A stretch of DNA of 64,000 nt, from NCBI GenBank assembly GCA_965205655.1, contig CBDBIJ010000029.1, positions 1 through 64,000 on the forward strand, read 5' to 3'. The notes beneath the pieces were generated by a model. It was given only the letters and a program-made list of their open reading frames with translations, did no database searches and was not told the origin of the DNA. Within the stretch, counting starts at the first letter, position 1; each line of letters starts with the position of its first letter. Of this stretch, positions 9,516 through 18,906 are shown one piece after another. Origin of the DNA: Candidatus Latescibacterota bacterium. GTDB taxonomy: Bacteria; Latescibacterota; UBA2968; UBA8231. Made by a program: the position numbers and the translations under genes.

Positions 9516-12421
9516 AGTCGTCACCGAGTCGAGTTCCCACACCTGCGGCAGCGGAAGTGGTCGATCGCAGCAGGACTCTCTCATTCCGCTTCGACGGAAG
9601 GTCAGTCTCAGCCCATCCCGGGGATACGATCGCCTCCGCCCTCGCCGCCGCGGGGGTGAACATCATCAGTCGTTCATTCAAGTACCACCGGCCGCGCGGC
9701 CTGCTTTGCTGTGCGGGACATTGCCCGAACTGTCTCGTCCAGGTGGGAGACGAACCGAATGTGCGCGCCTGTCAGCGGCCGGCCGAACACGGCATGAACG
9801 TCAGCTCGCAGAACGCGTGGCCCTCGCGTCGGCTCGATCTCCTGTCGCTGGCCGGCAAAGCGTCGCGCTTCATGCCGGTTGGTTTCTACTACAAAACCTT
9901 CATGCGGCCGCCGTCGCTGTGGCCGCTCTACGAAGGTGTCCTGCGTCGCGCCGCCGGATTGGGGACGGTTGACGAGCACTGCGGACATGATGACGGTGGA
10001 GACAAGCAGTACCTCCACGGTGATGTCGCCGTTGTGGGGGGAGGTCCAGCCGGGATCGGCGCCGCGCTGGCGGCCGCTCAGGCCGGAGCCCGCACCCTGC
10101 TCTTCGACGAGAATCCGACACTCGGAGGGCACCGGCGCTACAGCCGGGGAGGCGTTGGCGGGAGCAGGCCGCTCGAGTCGCAGATCGCATCGCTGTCGGA
10201 CATGGAGGAGATCCAGCTGTTCACCGACACGGCCGTCGTCGGACTCTACGAGGGTAACTGGCTGGCGGCGGTGCGCGATAATCGGCTGTTCAAGGTTCGG
10301 GCCAAGGCCGTCGTGGTCGCCACCGGGGCGAACGAGGTGCCGCTCGTTTTCGATGAGAACGACCTGCCGGGCGTCATGCTCGCGGGCGCCGTGCAGCGCC
10401 TCGTGCATTTGTACGGCGTCGCGCCGGGACGACGAGCAGTCGTGGTCACGGCCAATGACGACGGCTGGCAGGTGGCGGCCGATCTCATCGCCGCCGGTGT
10501 GCGAGTAGAGGCAGTGGCTGACGAACGCGGAGCAGATGCCGTCGGCGCGCCCGGCACAGACCTTGCGAACGAGGGTGTGAAATGCCTCTTCGGACACACG
10601 ATACGGGCGGCCAGAGGTCCTGGCCGTGTCCGCGGCGCCGTGTTGACGCCCGTGCCCGATGCCGATGGGAACATCTCCCCGTCGCCGCTGATGAGAATCG
10701 ACTGCGATCTCATTGCTATCAGCGTCGGCTGGGCACCCCTGCTGGACCTGGCCTACATGGCCGGCGGGCGCGGGAGTTTCGATGACGGCAGCGGCGAGGC
10801 GCGGCTCGAGTCGCATCCGGCCGGTATTTTCACTGCCGGCCGCTGCACTGGAACCCACGACCCCGGCCGCGGGCTGGAGGAGGGAGAGCTGGCCGGCGAA
10901 GCAGCGGCGGCATACGGACTGGCGTGGCCAGGCGAAAGTGAGCCGCGCCAGCACCGGACACAGACCTCCTCTCCTGTTCGGCGCACCTCAACCCGGGTCA
11001 GGGTACCGGGGACGGGAAAGCAGTTCGTCTGTCTGTGCGAGGACGTGACCGACGTCGACATCGAGACGGCGATGGCGGAAGGCTACGACAGCATCGAGCT
11101 GCTCAAGCGCTACAGCACCATCACGATGGGACCGTGTCAGGGTCGGATGTGCTCGACGAACAGCATCCATCTGTGCGCCCGCGGCAATGACACGACTGTC
11201 CAAACGATCGGCAAGACCACCTCGAGACCCCCCGTGAGTCCCGTCAGCCTCGGGGCCCTCGCCGGTCAGAAGATGGAGCCCGAGCAGGTATCGCCGCTGC
11301 ACGCATGGCACCTGGCGCAGGGCGCGAGCATGATGGTGGCGGGGCTGTGGCTGCGGCCCGAGCACTACGGCAATGCCACAGCTGAAGTGAAGGCCGTTCG
11401 CGAAGGGGTCGGTGTCATCGACGTGAGCCCACTCGGCAAGTTTCATCTCTCCGGGCCGGGAGTGCCCGATCTGCTGGAGCGGATGTACGTCAACCACTGG
11501 CGCAGGCTGCGTCGCGGCCGGGTGCGCTACGGTATTATGTGCAATGACGAGGGGGTCGTCCTCGACGACGGAGTGTGTGCCCGCACCGGGGAAGAGTCAT
11601 GGTACATGAGCACGACCTCGACCGGAGCCAGCGGCATCGGGCAATGGCTCGAGTGGTGGATGCAATCCGGCTGGGGGGACGGAGTTCACTTGCTCGACCT
11701 CACAGAGACGAACGCCGCCTTCAACCTGGCGGGGCCGCGATCGCGCCAGGTCCTGCAGGAGCTCACGGACCGAGATGTGTCGAACGAGAAGTTTCCCTAC
11801 ATGAGAGTTCGCAACGCCGACGTCGCCGGCGTTCCCTGCAGGATCCTGCGCCTCGGTTTCACAGGGGAGTTGTCCTACGAAATTCACTGCCCCGCCGGCT
11901 ACGGCCTCAACCTCTGGGAGGAATTGATGCGAGCTGGCGAAGGGCTCGGCATTCGGCCTTTCGGCGTCGAGGCGCAGCGGGTTCTGCGTCTGGAAAAGGC
12001 CCACATCATCGTGGGGCAGGACACGGACGTCCTCTCCGATGCAATCGCCGCCAACGCGGCCTGGGCGGTGAAGCTGGACAAGCCCGACTTCCTGGGAAAA
12101 CGCGAGCTGTTGAGGATATCGAAAGCGGGCCCATCGCAGCGTCTGGTGGGATTCCGCATGGTCAACCCCGAGCACACCCCCGAAGAAGGGATGCAGATCG
12201 TTCAGGCAGACAGGAGCAACGCCCGCTCGATAATCGGATGGGTGACTTCGAGCCGGTTCAGTCCGACCTTGAACGAGTCGATCGGGCTGTGCTGGTTGCC
12301 GGCCACGATCGCATCCCAACAGTCCGCTTCCCTTTACATCTATATGGACGGTCGGCTCGAAGAGGCGCGGGTTCACCACGGAGCGTTCTTCGATCCTGAA
12401 GGGGCGCGGGTGCAGATGTGA
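9512..12421 (+). CDS. mgdC: N-methylglutamate dehydrogenase / sarcosine oxidase alpha-type subunit (Fe-S, NAD and GcvT-like folate domains)
   Basis: SRSFKYHRPRG, GFYYKTF, CLCEDVT, MGPCQG, DVSPLGK, GFTGELSYE, LRLEK motifs. Confidence 0.85.
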   Translation: MKSSPSRVPTPAAAEVVDRSRTLSFRFDGRSVSAHPGDTIASALAAAGVNIISRSFKYHRPRGLLCCAGHCPNCLVQVGDEPNVRACQRPAEHGMNVSSQNAWPSRRLDLLSLAGKASRFMPVGFYYKTFMRPPSLWPLYEGVLRRAAGLGTVDEHCGHDDGGDKQYLHGDVAVVGGGPAGIGAALAAAQAGARTLLFDENPTLGGHRRYSRGGVGGSRPLESQIASLSDMEEIQLFTDTAVVGLYEGNWLAAVRDNRLFKVRAKAVVVATGANEVPLVFDENDLPGVMLAGAVQRLVHLYGVAPGRRAVVVTANDDGWQVAADLIAAGVRVEAVADERGADAVGAPGTDLANEGVKCLFGHTIRAARGPGRVRGAVLTPVPDADGNISPSPLMRIDCDLIAISVGWAPLLDLAYMAGGRGSFDDGSGEARLESHPAGIFTAGRCTGTHDPGRGLEEGELAGEAAAAYGLAWPGESEPRQHRTQTSSPVRRTSTRVRVPGTGKQFVCLCEDVTDVDIETAMAEGYDSIELLKRYSTITMGPCQGRMCSTNSIHLCARGNDTTVQTIGKTTSRPPVSPVSLGALAGQKMEPEQVSPLHAWHLAQGASMMVAGLWLRPEHYGNATAEVKAVREGVGVIDVSPLGKFHLSGPGVPDLLERMYVNHWRRLRRGRVRYGIMCNDEGVVLDDGVCARTGEESWYMSTTSTGASGIGQWLEWWMQSGWGDGVHLLDLTETNAAFNLAGPRSRQVLQELTDRDVSNEKFPYMRVRNADVAGVPCRILRLGFTGELSYEIHCPAGYGLNLWEELMRAGEGLGIRPFGVEAQRVLRLEKAHIIVGQDTDVLSDAIAANAAWAVKLDKPDFLGKRELLRISKAGPSQRLVGFRMVNPEHTPEEGMQIVQADRSNARSIIGWVTSSRFSPTLNESIGLCWLPATIASQQSASLYIYMDGRLEEARVHHGAFFDPEGARVQM

Positions 12422-13137
12422 CTGGCGTCGATCCGATCGCGCGATCGCCCGTGGCGGAGCGTTTCGAGGCACAGCGGGCCGAGATGGAGACGCAGTCCGG
12501 GTGGCTGGTGGCTCGAAGCTTCGGCTCGCCGGAGAGGGAGGCGGCAGCGGCACGCGACAGTGTGGCCATCGCCGACGAGTCTCACAACGGCAAGGTCATC
12601 ATTCGGGGTACCGAAGCCGAGCCACTATTCGAGGAGGTGTTCGGAGAATCGCCCGCCATCGGCGCCGGCGTCCAGCTCGCTGAAGGAGCCGCGCTGCGGA
12701 TGCTGTTTCGGCTTCGGGGCGACATCTTCTTCGGTCGCACCGCACCGGGCGAGGAGGGGAAGAGCGCCTTGGCCGGGCTGCGGCAGGGCGCCAAGGAGGC
12801 CGGCTTTGTCACCATTACGGACATCACTCATGGGCGCAGTGAGTTTAGGCTCGTCGGGCCTTCTTGCACCGAGCTGTTGAGTAAGGTATGCGGCCTCGAT
12901 TTCCACGCGGCCCGATTTCCCGACCTGGGCGCCCGGGAAACGAGTCTGGCAAAGACGAAACAGCTCCTCATCCGCAACGATGTCGAGACGAATTCCGGCG
13001 GCCAACTACGCTCTTTTTGCATCATCGGCGGCAGGGCCCTGGGTACCTATGTTTGGGATACTCTCGTGGAAGCGGGAGCGGAATTCGGAATGAGGCCCAT
13101 CGGAACGGCGGGTGTGGGGCTGATGAAAACAGGCTAA
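12418..13137 (+). CDS. mgdD: N-methylglutamate dehydrogenase / sarcosine oxidase gamma-type subunit
   Basis: GcvT-like; VTITDITHGR...LLSKVCGLDF; overlaps the alpha subunit stop. Confidence 0.7.
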   Translation: MTGVDPIARSPVAERFEAQRAEMETQSGWLVARSFGSPEREAAAARDSVAIADESHNGKVIIRGTEAEPLFEEVFGESPAIGAGVQLAEGAALRMLFRLRGDIFFGRTAPGEEGKSALAGLRQGAKEAGFVTITDITHGRSEFRLVGPSCTELLSKVCGLDFHAARFPDLGARETSLAKTKQLLIRNDVETNSGGQLRSFCIIGGRALGTYVWDTLVEAGAEFGMRPIGTAGVGLMKTG

Positions 13138-13155
13138 CCAACACAGGAGCTGAAA

Positions 13156-14490
13156 ATGACGATCGACCAAGTACGAGAGCTGGTAGCGGGAAAGGGAATC
13201 GAGTTTTTCCTCTGCTCTTTCGTCGAAATGGCCGGGGCGCCGAAGGCGAAACTGGTGCCGGCGACACATCTCGACGACATGGCGGAGGAGGGTGCGGGAT
13301 TCGCCGGCTTTGCCGCCGGAAACATGGGTCAGGGACCCCACGACCCGGACATGCTCAACATTCCCGACTTCGATTCGCTCACAGTGGTGCCCTGGAGACC
13401 GAACATGGCCTGGGTGGCGGGTAACATCCAGGTGGAGGGGGAGCCATTCGACTACTGCCCCCGCACCATCCTCCAGCGTCAACTCGAAAAGGCGCGGGAC
13501 AAGGGCTATCTCTTCAACGTCGGCGTCGAGGCCGAGTTCATGCTGTTGAGAAAGGGGGAGGACGGCAGCTATGTACCGAACGACCCCCTCGACATTCTGG
13601 ACAAACCATGCTACGACCTGGTGACGCTGAACAGGAATCTCGATCTGATGACTACCCTCATCCGGCACATGCAGGATCTGGGATGGGGACCGTACGCCAA
13701 CGATCACGAAGACGCCAACTGCCAGTTCGAGATCAACTGGCACTATTCGGAAGCGCTGAGAACGGCGGATCGGCAGACGTTCTTTCGCTGGATGGTGAAA
13801 GTCATCGCCGAGGAGCACGGGCTGCTGGCCACCTTCATGCCCAAACCCTTCGCCCACCTGACGGGCAGCGGGGCCCACTACCACATGAGCCTGTGGGACG
13901 AGGCCAACGAAACCAACCTGTTCGAGGACGAAAAAGACGCGAGCGGCCTGTCGAAAATGGCCTACCACTTCATGGGAGGCATCCTCGCCCACGCCCGCGC
14001 CCTGGTGGCGGTCACCGCTCCATTGGTGAACAGCTACAAGCGGCTCATCCGCGGGGCGCCGAGATCGGGAGCCAGTTGGGCACCGGTCTACGTGACCTAC
14101 GGCGGTTCGAACCGCACTCAGATGGTGCGCATTCCCGGTCCGGGCCGGATCGAGAACCGTTCGGTGGACGGCGCTGCCAATCCGTACCTTGCCTGCGCTG
14201 CCATGCTGGCCGCGGGCCTCGACGGGATAGAGCGCAAGATCGATCCCGGCCAGCGCAACGACGACAATCTTTACGAGGTGCCCGAGGAGGAGCTGCGCGA
14301 GCGGGACATCCACTTCCTGCCGTCGACCCTGCGCGAGGCGTGCCAGTGGTTCGAGGGCGACGAGGTGGTGCGGGAGGCGCTCGGCCTCGAGTACGCCGAC
14401 TACTACCTCGAGTGCAAACGCGAGGAGTGGCGTAGCTACCACACCGCTGTGAGTCGATGGGAGACTGACAATTACCTGCCGATTTACTAG
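13156..14490 (+). CDS. gmaS: Gamma-glutamylmethylamide synthetase (GlnT-type glutamine synthetase-like)
   Basis: AKLVPA...GAGFAGFA signature, NDHEDANCQFEIN, TFMPKPF, NSYKRL, NRTQMVRIP, DGAANPYL. Confidence 0.85.
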   Translation: MTIDQVRELVAGKGIEFFLCSFVEMAGAPKAKLVPATHLDDMAEEGAGFAGFAAGNMGQGPHDPDMLNIPDFDSLTVVPWRPNMAWVAGNIQVEGEPFDYCPRTILQRQLEKARDKGYLFNVGVEAEFMLLRKGEDGSYVPNDPLDILDKPCYDLVTLNRNLDLMTTLIRHMQDLGWGPYANDHEDANCQFEINWHYSEALRTADRQTFFRWMVKVIAEEHGLLATFMPKPFAHLTGSGAHYHMSLWDEANETNLFEDEKDASGLSKMAYHFMGGILAHARALVAVTAPLVNSYKRLIRGAPRSGASWAPVYVTYGGSNRTQMVRIPGPGRIENRSVDGAANPYLACAAMLAAGLDGIERKIDPGQRNDDNLYEVPEEELRERDIHFLPSTLREACQWFEGDEVVREALGLEYADYYLECKREEWRSYHTAVSRWETDNYLPIY

Positions 14491-14677
14491 CGGAGGCAAC
14501 ACCGGAGTTCGACGACCCGTCACGGGCGAGGTGGGCGGCAGTCGACCGACCCGGAGGAAGTGAGTGGCGGGGGTGTGCAGGTTTCGCGGCGGGCTTTATA
14601 TTCTGTCTCTGCCTTCAGATGGATCGACTACCTCTCCCCAGAAACCGCCCCGAACAGTTTGCTGCATGTGAGCGCTC

Positions 14678-16153
14678 ATGACGGATGAGGTCCGCCACAA
14701 CTGCGGGTTCTGTGTAGCCCATACGCTGCACGACGCCTACTCGTTCATCCGCTCCCTGCAGCACCGGGGCAGAGAGGCGGCGGGCATCGCGGCGGTCGGT
14801 GAGGGTCGTATCGACGTCATCAAATGGGAGGGGGGCGTCGACCGCTTCGACATAACCGACCTGCACAAGATTTTCCCCAGTCCGAACTACCACTCCTACA
14901 TGGCCCACGTGCGCTACGCCACGCGGGGCAGAAAAGACCAGATCCTCGAGGACGCTCATCCCCACACCCTCGGGGGCCAGGCCGAGACGCGGGGAAACCA
15001 CATTCTCATCCGCGAGTGCGAAATGGTGGCGGTCCACAACGGTCAGGTGGATTGGTCTCACTTCGAGGGACTCGACGTCTCCGGGCTCAAGTCGCAGTGC
15101 GACACGGAGGCGCTGTTGTATCTCTACCGCCACGCCGGCGAGCAGGCCTTCATGCGCACCGTCACCGGCGCCTATACCATGGCGATCGCCGACTACCGCA
15201 AGCGAGACGTGATCGTCATGAGGGATCGGACTGGAATAAAACCGGGAGTGCTCGGCTGGAAGGACGGCAAGTACGGCGTAGCCTCCGAGGATATCGCCTT
15301 CCGGAAGAACGGCGGGGACTTCGTCGAGGACCTCGATCCGGGTGCGATATACTATCTCACTCCAGAAGGGGAATACACCAAGGAACTGCTCGTCGATCCC
15401 GAGCCGGCTCACTGTTTCTTCGAGTGGAACTACATCACCGATGTGGACTCAATCGTCGACGGCGTCAGCGCCCGCCGCATCAGGGAGTCGCTTGGCGAGT
15501 TGTTGGCCGAGGAATTCCACCCGGAGGATATCGATCTGGTCACCTTCCTGCCGCGCTGCCCGGAAGTCGCCGCTCGCAGCTACGCCAAGAAGCTGGGAGC
15601 TCCCTTCCGTCCCATCTTCTACAAGATGCGAGGCGAACGCTCGTTCCAGGGCACGACGGCTGACGACCGCAAGAGGTCGATCGACGAGAATCTGCACGTG
15701 CTGCCGGGGTTGCGCTCACTATTGCAGGGCAAAACCGTCGTCCTCATCGACGACAGCATCATTCGGGGCAACAATTCGAAGCGGGCGCGTGACCTCCTCT
15801 ACGACGAGCTCGGGGTAAAGAAGGCCTATCTGGTGAGTTACACGCCCCCAATCGGCATCATCGGCGACGATGGCATTCCGCGCGGGTGCATGTTCGGCGT
15901 GGACATGCCGCCCGACCCACCTGCTGGAGATGAATTCATCGCCCGTGGCCGGGATGAGTCGCAGATCGGCGAGAAGATGGGAATGCCGGTGACTTACCTG
16001 CCTAGGCAGCGGATGCTGGAGGCGTTTGCGCGAGCCGGCATGGCCGAGAGCAGCCTGTGCACCTACTGCATCGGCGGCTCGAGTCCCTTCGCGAAGTGCA
16101 ACGGCGGTGCTCGACCTGCGGTCAATCAGCTCGACTTGCTTGAAGAGACATAA
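14678..16153 (+). CDS. purF: Amidophosphoribosyltransferase-like (Ntn amidotransferase + PRTase), divergent
   Basis: Short propeptide then CG, LQHRG, HVRYAT, HNG, ASE, CFFEWNY, IDDSIIRG, CMFGVDM, CTYC. Confidence 0.75.
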   Translation: MTDEVRHNCGFCVAHTLHDAYSFIRSLQHRGREAAGIAAVGEGRIDVIKWEGGVDRFDITDLHKIFPSPNYHSYMAHVRYATRGRKDQILEDAHPHTLGGQAETRGNHILIRECEMVAVHNGQVDWSHFEGLDVSGLKSQCDTEALLYLYRHAGEQAFMRTVTGAYTMAIADYRKRDVIVMRDRTGIKPGVLGWKDGKYGVASEDIAFRKNGGDFVEDLDPGAIYYLTPEGEYTKELLVDPEPAHCFFEWNYITDVDSIVDGVSARRIRESLGELLAEEFHPEDIDLVTFLPRCPEVAARSYAKKLGAPFRPIFYKMRGERSFQGTTADDRKRSIDENLHVLPGLRSLLQGKTVVLIDDSIIRGNNSKRARDLLYDELGVKKAYLVSYTPPIGIIGDDGIPRGCMFGVDMPPDPPAGDEFIARGRDESQIGEKMGMPVTYLPRQRMLEAFARAGMAESSLCTYCIGGSSPFAKCNGGARPAVNQLDLLEET

Positions 16154-16187
16154 AAAAGTCCCTGGTCAACACCGTCGACCAGGGACT
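16152..16187 (-). terminator. Intrinsic terminator between convergent genes
   Basis: AGTCCCTGGTC/GACCAGGGACT stem with a T run on the minus strand. Confidence 0.75.
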
Positions 16188-16254
16188 GCATTGTCAACAA
16201 TCTACTCTGATAATCAGAGCCTTGCCTGAAGTCTCTCGTTGCCCGGAATCACCG

Positions 16255-16292
16255 AATCTCAAAGGAGATTCATAATCTCAAAGGAGATTCAT
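16255..16292. repeat. 19-bp tandem duplication (AATCTCAAAGGAGATTCAT x2) spanning the selenoprotein stop codon
   Basis: Exact copies at 16255-16273 and 16274-16292. Confidence 0.85.
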
Positions 16293-16505
16293 AATCTCCT
16301 CGTTCTCCGGAAACCGCTCTTCTGCAAGCTTGGAAAACGCCAGCTCACCATCGATCGTGACTTCGAAGCGCCCGCCGTCTGAGGGGACAATCGTCATGCG
16401 GTTGAGGTCCATTTTCTTTTCGTCGAGGATTTCTCCCGCCAAACTGACGGCTCTGGTTAGATAGCCTCACGACGAGCAGTACTGAATCTCGATCTCTTTC
16501 GCCAT
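16278..16505 (-). CDS. SelW/SelT/SelH (Rdx family) selenoprotein with CxxU motif, 75 aa
   Basis: MAKEIEIQYCSS-U(TGA 16467-16469)-GYLTRAVSLAGEIL...PSDGGRFEVTIDGELAFSKLAEERFPE; AAGGAGG RBS; absent from ORF track. Confidence 0.88.
16436..16450 (-). promoter_or_regulatory. Candidate bacterial SECIS hairpin
   Basis: CCGUCA-GUU-UGGCGG stem-loop starting 16 nt after the UGA, with G at the start of the apical loop. Confidence 0.6.
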
Positions 16506-16558
16506 TTTGCCCTCCTTTTCATCTCAATATACGCGGCGCGCCATCGGCCGGACAAGAG

Positions 16559-17116
16559 TCAGTCTGTCTTGCGAAGCAGCGAGTACATGACCATGTCGAC
16601 GAACCGGCCTTTTAGAAACTCGTAATCCCTCAGCACTCCCTCGCGCTCGAAGCGGAGCTTTTCGAGAAGCCGATGGGACGCCACGTTCTCCACGAATACC
16701 ACCGCCTCGATGCGGTTGAGACCCATTCGCTCGAATCCGAACTCGATAACCGCTTCGAGCGCTTCCGTCATGATCCCCCGACGCCAGTAGGGGCGCGACA
16801 GGTCGTAGCCGATCACGGCACGGGCGCTGGGCTGGATCCAGATGTTATAGCCACAAGTCCCAACGACGACCTCGGGCCGTTCGCATTCGACAATCGCCCA
16901 GCGCAGCCCGATACCGTTGTCGAAGCGCCGCTTGAAACGGTCGACGAGCTCCTCTGCCTGGCTCGCGTCGCTGAAGGTATCGAGGTCGTAGTAGCGAGTG
17001 ACCTCCTCGTCGGAGAAAATTCGAAAGATGTGAGGCGCGTCGTCGGGGCTCAGATCTCACAGCATAAGCCTCCCGGTCTGCAACTGCGGAAAGCGGGAGA
17101 AGACATCGGCCGTCAT
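16559..17116 (-). pseudogene. GNAT N-acetyltransferase (RimJ/RimL family) with an in-frame TGA at 17057-17059
   Basis: MTADVFSRFPQLQTGRLML*DLSPDDA...IGYDLSRPYWRRGIMTEA...ENVASHRLLEKLRF; one reading frame throughout. Confidence 0.8.
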
Positions 17117-17171
17117 CGTGTCTCGATCAGCTTCGCAGAGACGCAGCTCACGTGAAAGAAATGTGTCGGTA

Positions 17172-17547
17172 TCAGTCGGAAAGGAACCTGAATAGCCGTC
17201 GAAGAGCTGCCGCTCTATCCGGGTGCCGTCGGCCTTCGAGCAGGGCAGGAGGGAGAGGCTCGAGGGTCGGCAGCCGGTCGCGAAATCGTGCCACCCCGGC
17301 GTCGACGTCAACACCGGGCATCTGCAGATGGGCGGGAAGGCCGGAGAGAGTGACTCGTTCGTTCAGACGCCCAACGCAGTCGGAGGCTTCCCCGAGTAAC
17401 TCGGCGTACCGCGTCGTGGCGACATCGACCTGCTGATTGTAGGCCCGAACCTTCGCCTTCCTGCGACACGGCCTCGGCGAGCATGTCGTCGGGCGTGCGC
17501 GCTTCTCGGCTCCCGTCGGGGCGGCGTCGTTTCGGCTTGCCGGACAT
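17172..17547 (-). CDS. Hypothetical protein, apparent frameshift near 17460
   Basis: MSGKPKRRR... joins to KVRAYNQQVD...RRLFRFLSD*; fills a gap in a minus-strand gene run. Confidence 0.3.
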
Positions 17548-17575
17548 GGGCGCCCTCAAACTCAGTGGAACGGGA

Positions 17576-17905
17576 TCAGTTGTCGGATTCGAAATTGCCC
17601 ACGGCGATGAGGGCCTCGGGCCGCGACGCGAGATCGTCGGGGACGCTCCCTTCGATCGTCTGCCCGCGACGACAATTGGGGCAGACCATTGCCATGCGGT
17701 GGACGCGGCTGCGGCAGTGGAGGCAGACTTTGCCCGAATACCACGCGCCAAGCCAGCTAAAGGGCCCGATGACGAGACCGAGGACGAACCATTTGAGCCG
17801 CCCTTCCCCGTGATTGCGGGCAATCAAAGAGGCTCCCCAGGCAAACAGCAGCCAGGCGGGAAACAGCGCTAGAGCGGGCCAGAGCAGGGAATAGTGTTGG
17901 TCCAT
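17576..17905 (-). CDS. Small membrane protein with C-terminal zinc ribbon
   Basis: Two hydrophobic segments then CLHC...CPNC. Confidence 0.65.
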   Translation of the reverse strand: MDQHYSLLWPALALFPAWLLFAWGASLIARNHGEGRLKWFVLGLVIGPFSWLGAWYSGKVCLHCRSRVHRMAMVCPNCRRGQTIEGSVPDDLASRPEALIAVGNFESDN

Positions 17906-18032
17906 GGGGCTCCCAGAAGCTCCGGCGGGGCCATTGCTCGGGGATGGCAGTCGGCGCGGCCGGCACGTTCGGCGGCACCCAAGATAAGCAATGGGGTCGG
18001 CCTCACCAAGCGGCGCACGATCAGCGCCCGGT

Positions 18033-18899
18033 TCAACACTCGGCACCGCGCACGTCGCCTCCGAAAAGCAGCATTCGCTCCTCGGTAGCGATCTTGGCGG
18101 CGTCCTCCGGCGCGTAGTGCAGCTGCAGGGCTCTACGCCTCGAATCGGAGTGATTCGGGGGGCTGCCATGGTGCGTGAGGCCGTGCCAGAACAGAACGCC
18201 GCCCGGCTCCATCGGCACGGCCACGTCTCTGTCGCTGGGAACATCTGTGTCGCACATCTGCCAGTCACGCCTCTTGAAGTGATTGCGCGGCCCATCGAGG
18301 TGCGAACCCGAAATGACGTGGAGGCAGCCGTTTTCCATCGTGGCCGGATCGAGCGCGATCCAGGCCGCCACGACGGGTGTTCCGAGGGCAAAATCGAAAT
18401 AGGCGCAGTCCTGATGCCACGGTTTCTCGCGGCCGATGCGGGGCGGCTTCATCAGACCCATATCCTGGAACAGCACCGGCTTCGAGCCGATCAGCTCTTC
18501 GAGAATGGCGAGCAACTGAGGGTCCTCGGCCATCGACATCAGGCGTTCGTCGAACTCGACGAAGCTCATGATCTTGCGCACCGACAGGCGACGCTGCTGC
18601 GTCGAAAGCCCTTTCTTGTCGCCGACACCGGGCTCGAACTGCACGCCTCGAAAGTCCGGTCTTGCACCATCGATGAGGTCGTCCATGGCCCGGGCGGCGG
18701 CTTCGACCTGTTCCAGCGGGAAGAAGTGCTCGATGGCGAGGTAGCCGTTGTCGGCAAAGTATCGCGCCTGCTCGGCGTTGAAGTCGGTCACCGAGTCCAG
18801 TCGCGGGGCGATCCGTGTGTGTGCGTAGAGGCCGGGAGGATGGGCGGGTATTGAGGGGTCCGCGGGGATTTCCTCAGACTTCGAGGCACTGCTTGTCAC
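18033..18899 (-). CDS. Phytanoyl-CoA dioxygenase family (PhyH) Fe(II)/2OG oxygenase
   Basis: KPWHQD, WIALD-AT-ENGCL-VI-GSH, HHGSPPNHS..RRAL; start uncertain. Confidence 0.9.
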   Translation of the reverse strand: MTSSASKSEEIPADPSIPAHPPGLYAHTRIAPRLDSVTDFNAEQARYFADNGYLAIEHFFPLEQVEAAARAMDDLIDGARPDFRGVQFEPGVGDKKGLSTQQRRLSVRKIMSFVEFDERLMSMAEDPQLLAILEELIGSKPVLFQDMGLMKPPRIGREKPWHQDCAYFDFALGTPVVAAWIALDPATMENGCLHVISGSHLDGPRNHFKRRDWQMCDTDVPSDRDVAVPMEPGGVLFWHGLTHHGSPPNHSDSRRRALQLHYAPEDAAKIATEERMLLFGGDVRGAEC

Positions 18900-18906
18900 C
18901 GCGGCG

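Noticed and set aside
13156..14490. Housekeeping glutamine synthetase glnA
   Set aside because: Has the GlnT/GmaS-type GAGFAGFA signature rather than FDGSS, and sits in an mgd-like context
13006..14523. Long antisense/alternate-frame ORFs (also 9674-10954, 49658-50941, 52976-54457, 40328-41908)
   Set aside because: Shadows of real genes in GC-rich DNA; 40328-41908 is an IS alternate frame running into the transporter remainder
14491..14677. Purine/ZTP/PRPP riboswitch upstream of purF
   Set aside because: No consensus motif recognisable by eye; an Rfam scan would be needed
17057..17059. Selenocysteine codon in the GNAT gene
   Set aside because: Position corresponds to a conserved Arg, not a Cys; no convincing SECIS seen
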